Of a stretch of 51,963 nt of DNA, positions 1 through 9,863 are shown one piece after another (positions within the stretch are counted from its first letter, which is position 1; each line of letters opens with the position of its first letter). Below the pieces are notes generated by a model. That model was not told where the DNA came from. It searched no databases and was given only the letters and a program-made list of their open reading frames with translations. The stretch lies in the NCBI GenBank assembly GCA_964383705.1, contig CAYLHJ010000005.1, positions 1 through 51,963 of the forward strand, in the 5' to 3' direction. Made by a program: the position numbers and the translations under genes. Source of the DNA: an uncultured Candidatus Saccharibacteria bacterium. GTDB lineage: Bacteria > Patescibacteriota > Minisyncoccia > Phycocordibacterales > Zambryskibacteraceae.

Positions 1-2496
1 CGTGTCGATGAAGGTGTTGTACGGAGCGGAGCCGTCGCCGGTGGTTACGGTACCGGCTGTGCCACCGTCCACGCACACAACGAGCGTCGACGAGGCGCCC
101 AGGCCTGAGAAGTCGAAAGGCTCTGCCAGAGAGTCCACGAAGGCGCGAGTGTTCACCGACCCTGCGGTCAGCGAGTCACCTGCTACCAGAGCGTCGTTAA
201 GCTCGATCTGACCGTTGGAGCGGTTGAGGGTGTAGTCTTTGTTCTTACCCTGAGACACCTCTCCGAACACGATCGCAGAAGCGGCTACGCCAGTGCCGTC
301 ATCGCCTCGGTACCCCTCGGTCAGGTACAGGATGGTGTTGCTCTCGATGGACTCGATCTTGGTCCAAGATCCGGTACCGTCGACGTTAGCCTTGATCCAC
401 TGACCCTCTTGAAGCTCTTGGGTAAACTGAGTTCCGCTTCCGGTCACGATCTTAGACCCGCCAGAGACCGTGATGGTCCCGGTCAGTCCAGTAGACGTAC
501 AGAAGCCCATGGCCAAAGCGGCACCGCCGCCCACGACCTGCATCTTCGAGTCGGCGCTGTTGAGCAGCCTGGAGATCAGCTTAACGCGAGTGTCGTTGAC
601 CGCCAGCTCCACGTCAGATAGGTTCAGCTCCGCGAGCACTCGGGCGTACGCTTCTTCGGCCAGAGCCTGTGTAGGGTTCGCGAAGTCGGTAGGAGAGAAG
701 GATACGACCTCCGTCTCCTGGATGTCTCCGTTGGCGGCGACCTCCAGCTGAGGGGAGTTCCAGATCACGATGTTTCCTAGGCCACCACCGCCTACAGGGT
801 AGGCGGAGTCAAGGATCAACTTCGTGTCGGACACCACGGTCCTGACGCGGCGGTAGGACGAGTCTGCGTTACCGACGAACTTGACGTAGTCTCCAGGACT
901 GATCAGGTCGATGAACCCGTCCAGGCCAGCCACCGCTTTGGTGACGACGCGAGAGTTAGGGGTAACAGTGACGTCGCCGTCCGTAGTAGTGACCACGGTA
1001 GCTGCAAGGTTGAAAGGTTGAGACTGGCTGATCACCGACGCGGTAACGCCATCCTTGGTAAGGAGCCTGTCGTTTTTGTAGAGCTTCAGGGTCGCCACCT
1101 CAAGCTCGGTGAAGTTCAGGATAGGCTGAGCGGTCGAGGAGGGATCTACCTGCAACTCCTCGTTGGTGCGGGCGCGAGGAGTCAAGATGACCTTACGGCC
1201 TTCTACGTCGCTGATGGTACGGGCGTCCAGAAGTGTAGACCGGTTGTTTATGGCTTCGGAGATCTCGGTAGCTTGAGCTTTGCCAGGAGTCTCGAAGTCC
1301 CCACTAGCGAACGTGAACGCCTCCTCGTTAGTCCCTACGCGGACGATGATCGTCTCGCTTCCGGACAGCGCGAAGGGCTCTACGTTCTGAGAGACCACGC
1401 TAGCCTTAACCAGGGGGAAGTTCTGAAGCTGGAAGAAGCGCTCTCCGCCGGTGGCGGAGGTAGCTAGAACCTCTAAGCCTATGTTGGCGAAGGTCGGCTC
1501 AAGACCTCGACCGTTGTCGATGTAGACGCGAGTGGGACCGTCCGCTAGGTTCACCGGGGTCACCACGTTGGCGCTCACGATGCTGGAGTTGGTGTTCTCG
1601 TCGATCAGGCCCTTGATGCCGTTCTGGATGGACAGGCTGGTACCGCGAGACAGAGACTGGATGGTGTTGCGGATCCGGTCACGAAGCTGCTGGTCCGTCT
1701 CCTCGTCGCGGCCGTTAACGAACGGTAGCGGGTTGGTGACCGTAGCTCCAGTGAACGGGATGTTCGGGAAGGACACGATCGAGTTCGCGGGAACTCGGAA
1801 GCCGCCTGGGTCCATGGCCGTGACTAAGACGTTCGTGAAGGTGTCCTCGCCGTCCAGGATCTGGATGGTCTGGTTCAGCTCGAACTTGATGGCGTCGCTT
1901 ACGTCGCTCTCAGGGATCTCTACCTCGGTGCCTGCCTCTACGGTACGAACGCCGCCTTGAGCAAGGACCACCGCTTCATCGGTCCCGTGGTCGTTGACCA
2001 CGCCGACGTCTAGCTGGATCTCCCAGTAGGATGTGTGGTCGATCGGAGCTACGGAGTAGGAGATCGGACCCTCAGAGTTAGAGGTGCCTCGGAAGTAGAT
2101 GGCGCCGGACGCAGGGAAGCCTGACGCGTCGTCGACGAAGATGACCGTGGACCCTGCGGTAGGACCTGGTAAGCCTGCGTAGATCTTGGTCGCGATCTTC
2201 GTGAAGCTCGCGTCGGTGATGGTGATGAACCCTGTGTGAGGCTGTGAGGTCAGCCTGGTGAGTCCGTACTCGGAGGCTCTCAGGTCAAGGTCGGAACCCT
2301 CGGTCGTGTCGAGGTTGTAGTTCCGGATGATGTTGAGCATCTGGACGTACTGCTGGAAGTCCTCCTGAGCGGAAGCTTCTAGGAGCGTCAGCGCGACCGA
2401 CCCGTCCGTGAAGTCGTTGATGGGCGTCTCGGCGGCGAGCTTGGCCGCCTGCGCGCCTACGATCTGAGGGAATGACTTGAGGACTAGCTTACCCAT
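1..2496 (-). CDS. Baseplate J-like (gpJ/gp6 family) baseplate wedge protein; N-terminus complete, C-terminus runs off the left edge (>830 aa)
   Basis: Absent from the ORF track because it is edge-truncated. The minus-strand frame (plus triplets 1-3, 4-6...) had no TTA/CTA/TCA in the stretches read. ATG at 2496 with AGGTGA upstream. N-terminus MGKLVLKSFPQIVGAQAAKLAAETPINDFTDGSVALTLLEA...ASEYGLTRLTSQPHTGFITI fits the Baseplate_J pattern. Lies directly downstream of the gp25-like gene. Confidence 0.75.
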   Translation of the reverse strand, partial: MGKLVLKSFPQIVGAQAAKLAAETPINDFTDGSVALTLLEASAQEDFQQYVQMLNIIRNYNLDTTEGSDLDLRASEYGLTRLTSQPHTGFITITDASFTKIATKIYAGLPGPTAGSTVIFVDDASGFPASGAIYFRGTSNSEGPISYSVAPIDHTSYWEIQLDVGVVNDHGTDEAVVLAQGGVRTVEAGTEVEIPESDVSDAIKFELNQTIQILDGEDTFTNVLVTAMDPGGFRVPANSIVSFPNIPFTGATVTNPLPFVNGRDEETDQQLRDRIRNTIQSLSRGTSLSIQNGIKGLIDENTNSSIVSANVVTPVNLADGPTRVYIDNGRGLEPTFANIGLEVLATSATGGERFFQLQNFPLVKASVVSQNVEPFALSGSETIIVRVGTNEEAFTFASGDFETPGKAQATEISEAINNRSTLLDARTISDVEGRKVILTPRARTNEELQVDPSSTAQPILNFTELEVATLKLYKNDRLLTKDGVTASVISQSQPFNLAATVVTTTDGDVTVTPNSRVVTKAVAGLDGFIDLISPGDYVKFVGNADSSYRRVRTVVSDTKLILDSAYPVGGGGLGNIVIWNSPQLEVAANGDIQETEVVSFSPTDFANPTQALAEEAYARVLAELNLSDVELAVNDTRVKLISRLLNSADSKMQVVGGGAALAMGFCTSTGLTGTITVSGGSKIVTGSGTQFTQELQEGQWIKANVDGTGSWTKIESIESNTILYLTEGYRGDDGTGVAASAIVFGEVSQGKNKDYTLNRSNGQIELNDALVAGDSLTAGSVNTRAFVDSLAEPFDFSGLGASSTLVVCVDGGTAGTVTTGDGSAPYNTFIDT

Positions 2497-2504
2497 GTGT
2501 CACC

Positions 2505-2921
2505 TTACGCGGCCACCGCGAACTGCAGCGGAACCTCGATGCCCGTGTTTGCCAGGATGACCCGAAGGTCTACCAGGATCACGTCGCCGAGAACGTTAAC
2601 CTTAGCGTCTACACTATCAAACCTTGGATCTTTTGACAAAGACTTGAGGATCTGAGCCTTTATCTCGATGGCGTTCTTGGTCTTCTCGCCGACCTGAAGC
2701 GACGTGCCCAGCTCGGGATGGTAGACCAAGCCACCTGGCTCGATGCTCAGCTTCAAGTATACCGCCTGCGCCGCGTTCTGCGTACCGGCGATCAGCTTGA
2801 AGTCGTTGAGGTTGTTAAGCTCAAGGTCGCCGTCCTGGTTGATCTTGAGGTCGACCCCCAAGCTCTTCTCCAGCTCGGACATGTTCTTCGTCAGCGAGTT
2901 TACAGGGCCGCGTAAGATCAT
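2505..2921 (-). CDS. Baseplate wedge protein, gp25/GPW-like
   Basis: 138 aa. Size, position between the LysM baseplate protein and baseplate J, and the pattern DLKINQDGDLEL...IAGTQNAAQAVYLKLSIEPGGLVYHPELG are typical of the gp25/W family. Confidence 0.7.
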   Translation of the reverse strand: MILRGPVNSLTKNMSELEKSLGVDLKINQDGDLELNNLNDFKLIAGTQNAAQAVYLKLSIEPGGLVYHPELGTSLQVGEKTKNAIEIKAQILKSLSKDPRFDSVDAKVNVLGDVILVDLRVILANTGIEVPLQFAVAA

Positions 2922-2924
2922 GGT

Positions 2925-4598
2925 CTAAACTCCCGGAACCAGGATGGTGTCGCCGAACTTCTTGACCCCGTCCCCGCCGCTGTCGTCGAGGTAGGGAGGC
3001 TTCAGCTTGTTCAGGATGACCAACTCGGTCCACCGAAGGGCGTCCCCAAGCTCGCGCTGGGCCATCCGCTCCAGCGTGTCGTTGCGGAGTATGCGGGCCT
3101 GGCGAACCGTGGCAGGAGGCGTGATGTCGATCATCGAAGGTCCGAACGCAGTCTTGACCTCTTCGTACGTCTGCTCGATCTCAGTCTGGAACGCGTCGTT
3201 CGTAGACAGAACTTGATTAAGCGAGTCAGCCATGTTCTGCATGTTTCCGAGGAGTAGGAACTCTTCGTCGCTCACGACCTTGAGAGGGCTCGGCGCGTTG
3301 GTCACGGTGCGACCCTTGATCTCGTTGTACAAGGGGTCACTCAGGTTGAACGAGTCCGCAAGGTCTTCCGTCAAGCTCGTCATGCGGTCGCGGGTACTAA
3401 CCATGAACTCGCGAGGCATTGCGACGCGAGAGTCGTTGTTGACCTGGTTGATCACGGAGTTCTGCTGCGTGGTGGTAGCGGCGGCGGCCTTCGAGTCCGT
3501 GGAGTTGTTGAACCCTACGCTCGTAGCCACGTCTTCCGCGCCCTCGCGGATGCCGGCCACAGTGCTGGTGAAGTTCCGGGCCAAGATCGTCGGAAGAGAC
3601 AACGTGTTGGAGATGCCGTTCGACAGGTCCTCAAGCGCGAACTGAACCTGCTGCAGAGGTCCGTTGACCGTGGTGTCGATCGCCTGAGAGGTCTTCTGCA
3701 GGACGCTCGACGTCAGATTGATCGCAGAGCGAACCTGCTTGATGCCGGCAGATAGGTTGGCCGCTACGTTACCGATCTTCTGGAACACGTCCGTCTCGGT
3801 GCTCTCGCTCGGGCGCGTGAACAGCGTGTTGAAGCTTCCGATCGACTTCAGGGAGATGTTGTACTGGTAGGTCAGCGGAGACTTGGAGTTACGCTCCATG
3901 GTGAAGTCGAGAGGCTCGACCAGGAGGGCCTGGTTGTCCTTCTCGTTGATGAAGATCATGAACAGATCCCCGTTGGACTTCACCTTGTCGTACGCATACT
4001 TCAGGAAGAACTGACGGAGCATCAGGAACTCTTGGTAGCCGGTAACAACCTTGACGTTGGACTTCTTGGACAGACCTTCATCGCTGACGCCGCTAGGCTC
4101 GGTAGGAGGAGCCGTAAAGTTCTTGAGGTTGGCTTGAGCACCCTCGAAGCCTCCTCGGTCACCAGGGAACACGCCGGTGGTACCTTTGATGGTGATGTCC
4201 TTGAAGACCGCTCCCTCAGACTCCACGATGATCCCCTTTCGGGTCGCGGAGATGTTGGTGGAGAAGATCTCCTTCTGGGTGATCTGCTGAGGCGGGATGT
4301 CCAGGTAGTATACCGTGGGGTCGCTCTCGCTACTCAGGTTCTTGCCGGTGTTGATCTGGGACGAGCTTACGACCGCGAAGCCGTAGCGAAGCTTGGCAGA
4401 CTTGCCCGTGACGCTCTTGGTGTTGCCGAGCCAGTTCTTGGAGTCGAACTTGTTAGACCCGCCGAACTCGGCGCGGAAGTACTGAGAAACCCTCTGAGTT
4501 TTGGGTATGTTGGTGCTGCCAGCACCCCCGAAAACCTGGTTGAGGCTGTCCTTGAAGTCCTCTACGATTTGTCCTAGGTTTCCTATGCCGACTGCCAC
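2925..4598 (-). CDS. Baseplate/tail protein with C-terminal LysM-like domain
   Basis: 557 aa, GTG start with AAGGA 8 nt upstream. C-terminus RILRNDTLERMAQRELGDALRWTELVILNKL...GDTILVPG resembles a LysM fold. Sits in the baseplate gene order. Confidence 0.65.
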   Translation of the reverse strand: MAVGIGNLGQIVEDFKDSLNQVFGGAGSTNIPKTQRVSQYFRAEFGGSNKFDSKNWLGNTKSVTGKSAKLRYGFAVVSSSQINTGKNLSSESDPTVYYLDIPPQQITQKEIFSTNISATRKGIIVESEGAVFKDITIKGTTGVFPGDRGGFEGAQANLKNFTAPPTEPSGVSDEGLSKKSNVKVVTGYQEFLMLRQFFLKYAYDKVKSNGDLFMIFINEKDNQALLVEPLDFTMERNSKSPLTYQYNISLKSIGSFNTLFTRPSESTETDVFQKIGNVAANLSAGIKQVRSAINLTSSVLQKTSQAIDTTVNGPLQQVQFALEDLSNGISNTLSLPTILARNFTSTVAGIREGAEDVATSVGFNNSTDSKAAAATTTQQNSVINQVNNDSRVAMPREFMVSTRDRMTSLTEDLADSFNLSDPLYNEIKGRTVTNAPSPLKVVSDEEFLLLGNMQNMADSLNQVLSTNDAFQTEIEQTYEEVKTAFGPSMIDITPPATVRQARILRNDTLERMAQRELGDALRWTELVILNKLKPPYLDDSGGDGVKKFGDTILVPGV

Positions 4599-4626
4599 GT
4601 TATTGTCCTTTTATTCTTAGTCTATC

Positions 4627-4637
4627 AATATACCACG
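4627..4637 (-). promoter_or_regulatory. Extended -10 promoter candidate, CGTGGTATATT on the minus strand
   Basis: TGnTAnnnT extended -10 in the 52-nt gap upstream of the LysM baseplate gene, followed by the conserved leader 10-mer AAGAATAAAA and an SD. The same architecture occurs at 10236-10246. Confidence 0.45.
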
Positions 4638-4650
4638 GAAGGTAGGGCCG

Positions 4651-5754
4651 CTACGGTTCGATCTTGACCGTTCCGGACGCGATTATGTTCGGAACAGCTA
4701 CGAACGGAGTACCAGGAACGTCTGGTACTGGAACGACGCCGGCAAGGTGGGTATGTGTTGCGAACAAGCTTGAGAGGGTGGCCAGAGCGTTCTCGATGGC
4801 TGTCAGGCGCGTCTCGACCTTAGAAGCTATCGCCGCTGCTTCCGCTGGCGAGGCAGAGCCTAGGTTCACCGTAGGGGCCGTGGTCGTGAACTCGATCGCG
4901 TTGTCTGAGAGCAACTCGCCGGCCGTGAGTGTGATCTTGTCAGACGCTCCGTCTAACTCCGCCTTCGCCCCTCCAACGGTCTCCAGCGTGATCACGTCTG
5001 CGTCACCGTCGACGATGACCTTAGATCCGCCGGTCATCTCCATGGAGATCTTGTCGTTCTCGCCGTCGAACGTGATGGTAGTCCCGTTCGAGAAGGATAT
5101 GGTCTTGGACACGCGGTCCATCTTGAAGGTCTGATCCTTGTTGTCGCTCAGGGTGACCGCGCCGGTCTTGTCGATCTTGAGTACGGTAGGTCCCGTACCT
5201 TCTCGCTTCAGCTTACCGTCAGGTCCTCGGTTTCCGACCACCGTGATGGTCAGCTCTCCGTCCTTGTTGATCTCCCACTGAACGCCTCGGAACTCACCCT
5301 TCTTGCGGACGCCGTCGGTGCGCTTCGCTCCAACCCTCTTAGGGTGCTGGAAGACGCCTACGATGACCGGTCGATCCTTGCTGCCATCCGTGAAGTCGAT
5401 CAGGACCATGGTCCCGTTCTTGTTCTTGAAGAAGTTGGAGGGGTCAAGCTTGCCAGAGTATGCGAACTCGTTAGGCTCGATCACGGTCTCGTCGAAGTCG
5501 TTACCTCCACCGAGCATGTCCTGCTTGCGGACGTTTCGGTAGACGCTCTGTCCACCCTTAGCGTCTCGAACGCTCACGTCGTACTCGACGAAGGTCTTAG
5601 ATACGTTGGAAGGATCGTCTACGAAGTGAACCTTCTCAACCTGCCCGACCAGCATGCGCATGCCTTGGTCGGAGATGTCCTCACCGTTCACCGGAGCGTC
5701 GGTGGTCTTGAAGTACTGGTTCACGATGGTACCGTCAGGGAGCCGCTTGATCAT
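4651..5754 (-). CDS. Baseplate central spike / hub protein (gpV / gp5-VgrG-like OB-fold + beta-helix + HxH apex)
   Basis: 367 aa. DRPVIVGVFQHP is an OB-fold motif typical of gpV/Vgr. The C-terminal region has repetitive beta-helix-like segments (ITLETVGGAKAELDGASDKITLTAG). THTH (HxH) metal-binding apex motif near the C-terminus. Confidence 0.75.
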   Translation of the reverse strand: MIKRLPDGTIVNQYFKTTDAPVNGEDISDQGMRMLVGQVEKVHFVDDPSNVSKTFVEYDVSVRDAKGGQSVYRNVRKQDMLGGGNDFDETVIEPNEFAYSGKLDPSNFFKNKNGTMVLIDFTDGSKDRPVIVGVFQHPKRVGAKRTDGVRKKGEFRGVQWEINKDGELTITVVGNRGPDGKLKREGTGPTVLKIDKTGAVTLSDNKDQTFKMDRVSKTISFSNGTTITFDGENDKISMEMTGGSKVIVDGDADVITLETVGGAKAELDGASDKITLTAGELLSDNAIEFTTTAPTVNLGSASPAEAAAIASKVETRLTAIENALATLSSLFATHTHLAGVVPVPDVPGTPFVAVPNIIASGTVKIEP

Positions 5755-7481
5755 TACTTGGTCCCTCTAGCTACGAAGCCGGTGACCACCGTGGTCGGAA
5801 CGTTATCCACCTTAGAGTCTCCGATGAACGTAGCCTTGCTGTTGTCTAAGCGCTGACCTCTAGACACGCGCAGCTCCGTGGTGTACTCGCTCACGCCAGT
5901 CTGAGAGATCGTGTACGTGTGGGTGTACCCCTCGATGTGGAAGAGCTGCTTGATGTCCGTAATGTACACGTTAGACCCTACCTCGACGAACTTGTCCAGG
6001 CCGTCGATGATCAAGGTTCCGTTGAAGAGGTTGTGCGTCAGGAAGAACCAATCTTCGAGCAGCGACACGACCCGAGAGCAATAGTTCTTGATTCCGTCGC
6101 TCTGGTTCTGGGTAGAGGCGAGCACGTACGACGTTTGAGTCTGGAGGATCTTCAGGCCGTAGCGCTGAACAGAGGGAGGGTTAGACCCTGCCACGAAGGC
6201 GAAGTCTAGGCTGGCACTGTCGAGGATCTTAGGGGTGACGATCACGTAGTTGATGCGCTCGTGGTCGCTCTTGCCGATGTTCTTCTGACGGATGTCTGTG
6301 CTGACGATCGACAACTGAGGAAGGTCTACGAAGTACGTCTTGTCAGAGCCGGCAGCATCCTTCACGGCCGCGCCGCCGTACCGTTGGTTGGCAGCGAACA
6401 CGTTCGTCTCGTGATTAGCCTTGTTAGAGAAGGGCATCTGCCGTAGCGTGAGCCCAGGTTGAAGACGGCCCTGCGCGTCCACCACCAGCTCCGTAAACAT
6501 CTCGTTGACGGACGAGTTCTGTAGGAACTGCATGACGGACCATACGGTTCCCGACGTAGGAAGAGCTTTGATGAGTGCTACTCCAGGCAACTTTCGAGCG
6601 CTAGCGAAGCGGTTGCGAACATAGCGGTGAAGGCCGACCCTAGACATGTCCAACAGGTCTACGAAAGACTTACCAGCCTTCTTCGACTGCGCGCCTCCTT
6701 TGAACAGCTGAGACACGCTCTTGGGAACATACCAGTTCTCGTTGGCCGTGCTGCGTGTGGTGCCTGCTCCGGCCAGGTAGAACTTCGCTATGCGAGACAC
6801 TACCGCATCCGGGGTATTGTCTGCCAGAGGTCTTACGATCTTGCTGGAGTCCTTTAGGAAGTCAGCTCCCAGCACCGTCTGCATGGCAGACTGGTTGATC
6901 ACCGGGTTGAAGAAGATGCTGCTGTCGAACACCTTGCCGAAGGTTCTACCAGAGATCAAGAACTCAAGGCGAGGGTACGCAGAACCGGGGTCGTCAACCT
7001 CGATCTCGCGGACTGTTTCGATGATGCCGAGCATCTTGAGGCCGCTCTCGGGAGTACAAGACTGGAGGTCCTTTTCGGTAATCTCTTCCGTACGCTTCAT
7101 GTAGATGGTGATCCAGTCACCAGCGTTGATACTTCGAAGGTACGGAACGTCCTTGTCGGTGTTCTTCCCGTTTCGGTACTCCTTGCCGCGCTTGATAACG
7201 ACAGAGAAGTTACCTCCGACCCCTGACTTGTCGTTGGTCACCGCGCAGCGGGTGATGTCCTGCCTGATCGTGAGGGTAGGCTTCAGCTTCAGGTTGCCCG
7301 CTGTATCTGCGTTTGCCTTAGCCGCCATCTGTTTGTCGTTGGTGATGTTCGCGTTCACTAGCTTAACGATGTCTGGGTTCTCGTAGCGGTGGATGACGAT
7401 GGCGCAAGACGACTTCTCAGACCTGATCTGAGGCGTGGTCTGCGGAGTAGTTTTACGTCTCTGGTCGGATATGAATGCCAT
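5754..7481 (-). CDS. Putative baseplate hub / tail-tip associated structural protein
   Basis: 575 aa ORF between tape measure and spike. 1-nt TAATG overlap with the spike gene. Function inferred from position only. Confidence 0.5.
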   Translation of the reverse strand: MAFISDQRRKTTPQTTPQIRSEKSSCAIVIHRYENPDIVKLVNANITNDKQMAAKANADTAGNLKLKPTLTIRQDITRCAVTNDKSGVGGNFSVVIKRGKEYRNGKNTDKDVPYLRSINAGDWITIYMKRTEEITEKDLQSCTPESGLKMLGIIETVREIEVDDPGSAYPRLEFLISGRTFGKVFDSSIFFNPVINQSAMQTVLGADFLKDSSKIVRPLADNTPDAVVSRIAKFYLAGAGTTRSTANENWYVPKSVSQLFKGGAQSKKAGKSFVDLLDMSRVGLHRYVRNRFASARKLPGVALIKALPTSGTVWSVMQFLQNSSVNEMFTELVVDAQGRLQPGLTLRQMPFSNKANHETNVFAANQRYGGAAVKDAAGSDKTYFVDLPQLSIVSTDIRQKNIGKSDHERINYVIVTPKILDSASLDFAFVAGSNPPSVQRYGLKILQTQTSYVLASTQNQSDGIKNYCSRVVSLLEDWFFLTHNLFNGTLIIDGLDKFVEVGSNVYITDIKQLFHIEGYTHTYTISQTGVSEYTTELRVSRGQRLDNSKATFIGDSKVDNVPTTVVTGFVARGTK

Positions 7482-7488
7482 CTACCAC

Positions 7489-9462
7489 CTAGTTCTTGAT
7501 GCTCGTGTAGCCAGACTGACGAGCCATTCCGTCGAAGCGCTTCTGAGCTGCGGTGAGATCGTCAAGGAGTGTTTTCATCTGGGTGACCATCTGACCGGTG
7601 ATCGTGGTGAAAGTCTCAAGCCCTCGCGCCGCTGACTCTGTGCTGCGCGTGAACTGAGCGACGTCCAGCTGGAACTCGGACGATCCAGTAACCCCTGCTT
7701 TAGCTCCCTCAAGCGCCTCTCCTGCTCCTGCAAGAGCTTCTGGCGTCAGGCGACCAGCCATGGCTCTGCGGCGGCCCAGCACGTCCTGGGTAGACCCGCC
7801 CGTCTCCTCGGCCATCAGGAAGGATCCCATGTTCCCGGGGGCTAGCTGGTCTACAAAGTTGCCCATGATGTCAGAGTTCTTGAAGTCTCGTACCGCCTTG
7901 ACCTGAGCTGCGAGGTCGCCCTTCTGGGCTCCTCCTTGGTTCTGGGAGAGGATGCCCATGATGTCGTCGTCCGTGGCGTTAGCCTCCATCTTCGATAGGG
8001 CAAGCATGGTTCCAGTGTCGAACCCGCCGAACTGCGACCCGATGCCGGCGACCCCAAGCATGTTTCCTGCGCCAGACAGACCCTGCATGGACCCAGACTC
8101 CTTACGAAGCTGCTGAGCAAGGGTCATCGACTGCTGGAGGGACATGTCAGTGACCTCTCCGCCTCCGAAGCCTGCCGCTAGGCCTGCGATGCGGTTTGTG
8201 GCGGCGTCAGTGTCAACTCGACCCAGGCCTGTAGTGTTCTGCAGGTACTGCATCGTAGTCTGCAGGAACCGGCCAGACTTGCTAACGTCTAAACCTGCGG
8301 CTACACCGCGCTTGATGATCTCTGCCTGCTTGGTCGTGGACGCAGCACGGCCTTCGCCGCTAGCGCCTGCGAACGTCTCGATAGCCTGAGCACTCGTGCC
8401 AGCTCCGATGCCTAGGAAGCGCTGGTTGCTCATGATCTGGTTGAACGCTCCGGCCGCTCCTCGGTTACCTAGAGACTCACGAGCCTGCATCATGGACTGA
8501 AGGGTATCTTCACCGCTCATTCCGAACTGCCGAGCGCCTACGCGCATCTGGTCCGTCATCACGTCGCCGGAGATGCCTCCACCCGCCATGAGCTGCTGCC
8601 GTAAAGGTGACAGCTGTCGAGCACGGCCTTCCGCGTCTGAAAGAAGCTGAACCTGCTCCTTGCTCAGCTCTCCTACAGCGTTCGACGTACCCATGTAGGC
8701 TGACATGCCTCCACCGATCCCGCCAGCGATACCGCCTAACGCGCCGCCGATGGCGGTGCCTGCGGGTCCGAAAAAGGATCCGATGCCGCCGCCGATCTTA
8801 GCTCCAACCGCTCCGCCAGCGATACCGCCGCCGATGCCGGCCGTCATAGCCATGCCCATGCGGTTACGACCAGCCTGACGAGCTATACCTTCTACTCCAA
8901 GGCCTGCGTCAAAGTCGCGAGACAGTCGGTTGCTGCGCTCCGCCATGGTCTGCTGGATGTTGATGATCGAAGAGACCATCTGCTGAGTTCCGAGACCTGC
9001 AGCGGCCATCTTGATGAGGGTCTTGTTCTTTGCGAGGAAATCAGACGGACCTTCACTGCCACCCCCTCCGCCTTCGTCTCCTCTGGCTCGTGGGACTCCA
9101 GCGCCTCCGCCGGTGCCTCCGGATCCGCCGGCAGACCCTTTGACGGTCATGGCGTTGACGATCATGTTCGTGACCGTCATCTCCTTAACCTGGATCGAAC
9201 CTATCTCAGAGATGTTCAAGTCAGACTTCGCAGCCATCTGCGCGCCCTTGCTGCGGGCTCCGCGAATGCCTTCCAGCTCCTTCCGAAGCTGAACTCCGAA
9301 CTCCTTCGCGATGTCCTTGATGGAGGACTTAAGATCGTTCAAGCTTCCAGCGTCCACATTGAACGCCTTGCCCATCTCTTTCTTGAGGATGTCGAGCTGC
9401 TTGCGCAGCTGCGAGTCGTCGAGTTGCGCGGAGAGTGTTAAGTTTTTTCTTATGTCAGACAC
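7489..9462 (-). CDS. Tail tape measure protein
   Basis: 657 aa. Coiled-coil N-terminus, long Gly/Ala/Met-rich repetitive core (GIGGGIAGGAVGAKIGGGIGSFFGPAGTAIGGALGGIAGGIGGG). Sits downstream of chaperone-position ORFs and upstream of baseplate genes. Confidence 0.85.
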   Translation of the reverse strand: MSDIRKNLTLSAQLDDSQLRKQLDILKKEMGKAFNVDAGSLNDLKSSIKDIAKEFGVQLRKELEGIRGARSKGAQMAAKSDLNISEIGSIQVKEMTVTNMIVNAMTVKGSAGGSGGTGGGAGVPRARGDEGGGGGSEGPSDFLAKNKTLIKMAAAGLGTQQMVSSIINIQQTMAERSNRLSRDFDAGLGVEGIARQAGRNRMGMAMTAGIGGGIAGGAVGAKIGGGIGSFFGPAGTAIGGALGGIAGGIGGGMSAYMGTSNAVGELSKEQVQLLSDAEGRARQLSPLRQQLMAGGGISGDVMTDQMRVGARQFGMSGEDTLQSMMQARESLGNRGAAGAFNQIMSNQRFLGIGAGTSAQAIETFAGASGEGRAASTTKQAEIIKRGVAAGLDVSKSGRFLQTTMQYLQNTTGLGRVDTDAATNRIAGLAAGFGGGEVTDMSLQQSMTLAQQLRKESGSMQGLSGAGNMLGVAGIGSQFGGFDTGTMLALSKMEANATDDDIMGILSQNQGGAQKGDLAAQVKAVRDFKNSDIMGNFVDQLAPGNMGSFLMAEETGGSTQDVLGRRRAMAGRLTPEALAGAGEALEGAKAGVTGSSEFQLDVAQFTRSTESAARGLETFTTITGQMVTQMKTLLDDLTAAQKRFDGMARQSGYTSIKN

Positions 9463-9464
9463 AA

Positions 9465-9863
9465 TTAAACCCCTTGAGACTTGAAGTCGGTATCGATCCG
9501 GTCAGGAAGAGACTCGGCGATGGCCTTCTCCTCCTCCTCAAGCTTCTCTTGAGACTCTACCATCTGCTCGGTAGATTTATAGGAGTCGCCCATCTCCTTC
9601 TTGAGCCATTCTTCGTACTCGTCCCCTTGCGGTCCGATCTCGTCGATGACCGACGGAGTGTCATGGATCTCGTGCATCATCCGGAAGAGTAGCAGCTCGT
9701 CTAGACGCATCGCGAGGAGGCGCTCATCGTTAGGAGTGGTCTGAAACTTGAAGCAGAACCAGTTCACCAGGATCTGCTCAAGAGCCTTGAGGTTACTACC
9801 TTTGGGGTTGAGCTGATCGTAGGCAAGCTGAAGGTACTGCTTACGCAGGCTTGGCTTGCTCAT
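9465..9863 (-). CDS. Hypothetical protein in tail assembly chaperone position (second of pair)
   Basis: 132 aa acidic protein. Own ATG, 23-nt overlap with the upstream ORF. Immediately precedes the tape measure gene. Confidence 0.55.
   Translation of the reverse strand: MSKPSLRKQYLQLAYDQLNPKGSNLKALEQILVNWFCFKFQTTPNDERLLAMRLDELLLFRMMHEIHDTPSVIDEIGPQGDEYEEWLKKEMGDSYKSTEQMVESQEKLEEEEKAIAESLPDRIDTDFKSQGV

Noticed and set aside
2-1960. Five plus-strand track ORFs (2-211, 409-621, 470-751, 1018-1467, 1532-1960) in the first 2 kb.
   Set aside because: They lie antisense to a continuous minus-strand reading frame, the edge-truncated baseplate J-like gene. That gene has the genome's G/C third-position bias and a recognisable N-terminus. 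The plus-strand products are Arg/Ser/Pro/Gly-rich, as expected from out-of-frame translation of GC-rich coding DNA.
9841-9863. Possible programmed frameshift joining the two chaperone-position ORFs upstream of the tape measure (a G/GT-type arrangement).
   Set aside because: The downstream frame is closed by a TAG immediately before its own ATG. The 23-nt overlap contains no XXXYYYZ slippery heptamer, and the required shift would be +1 rather than the usual -1. Independent initiation is simpler, although a shift is not formally excluded.
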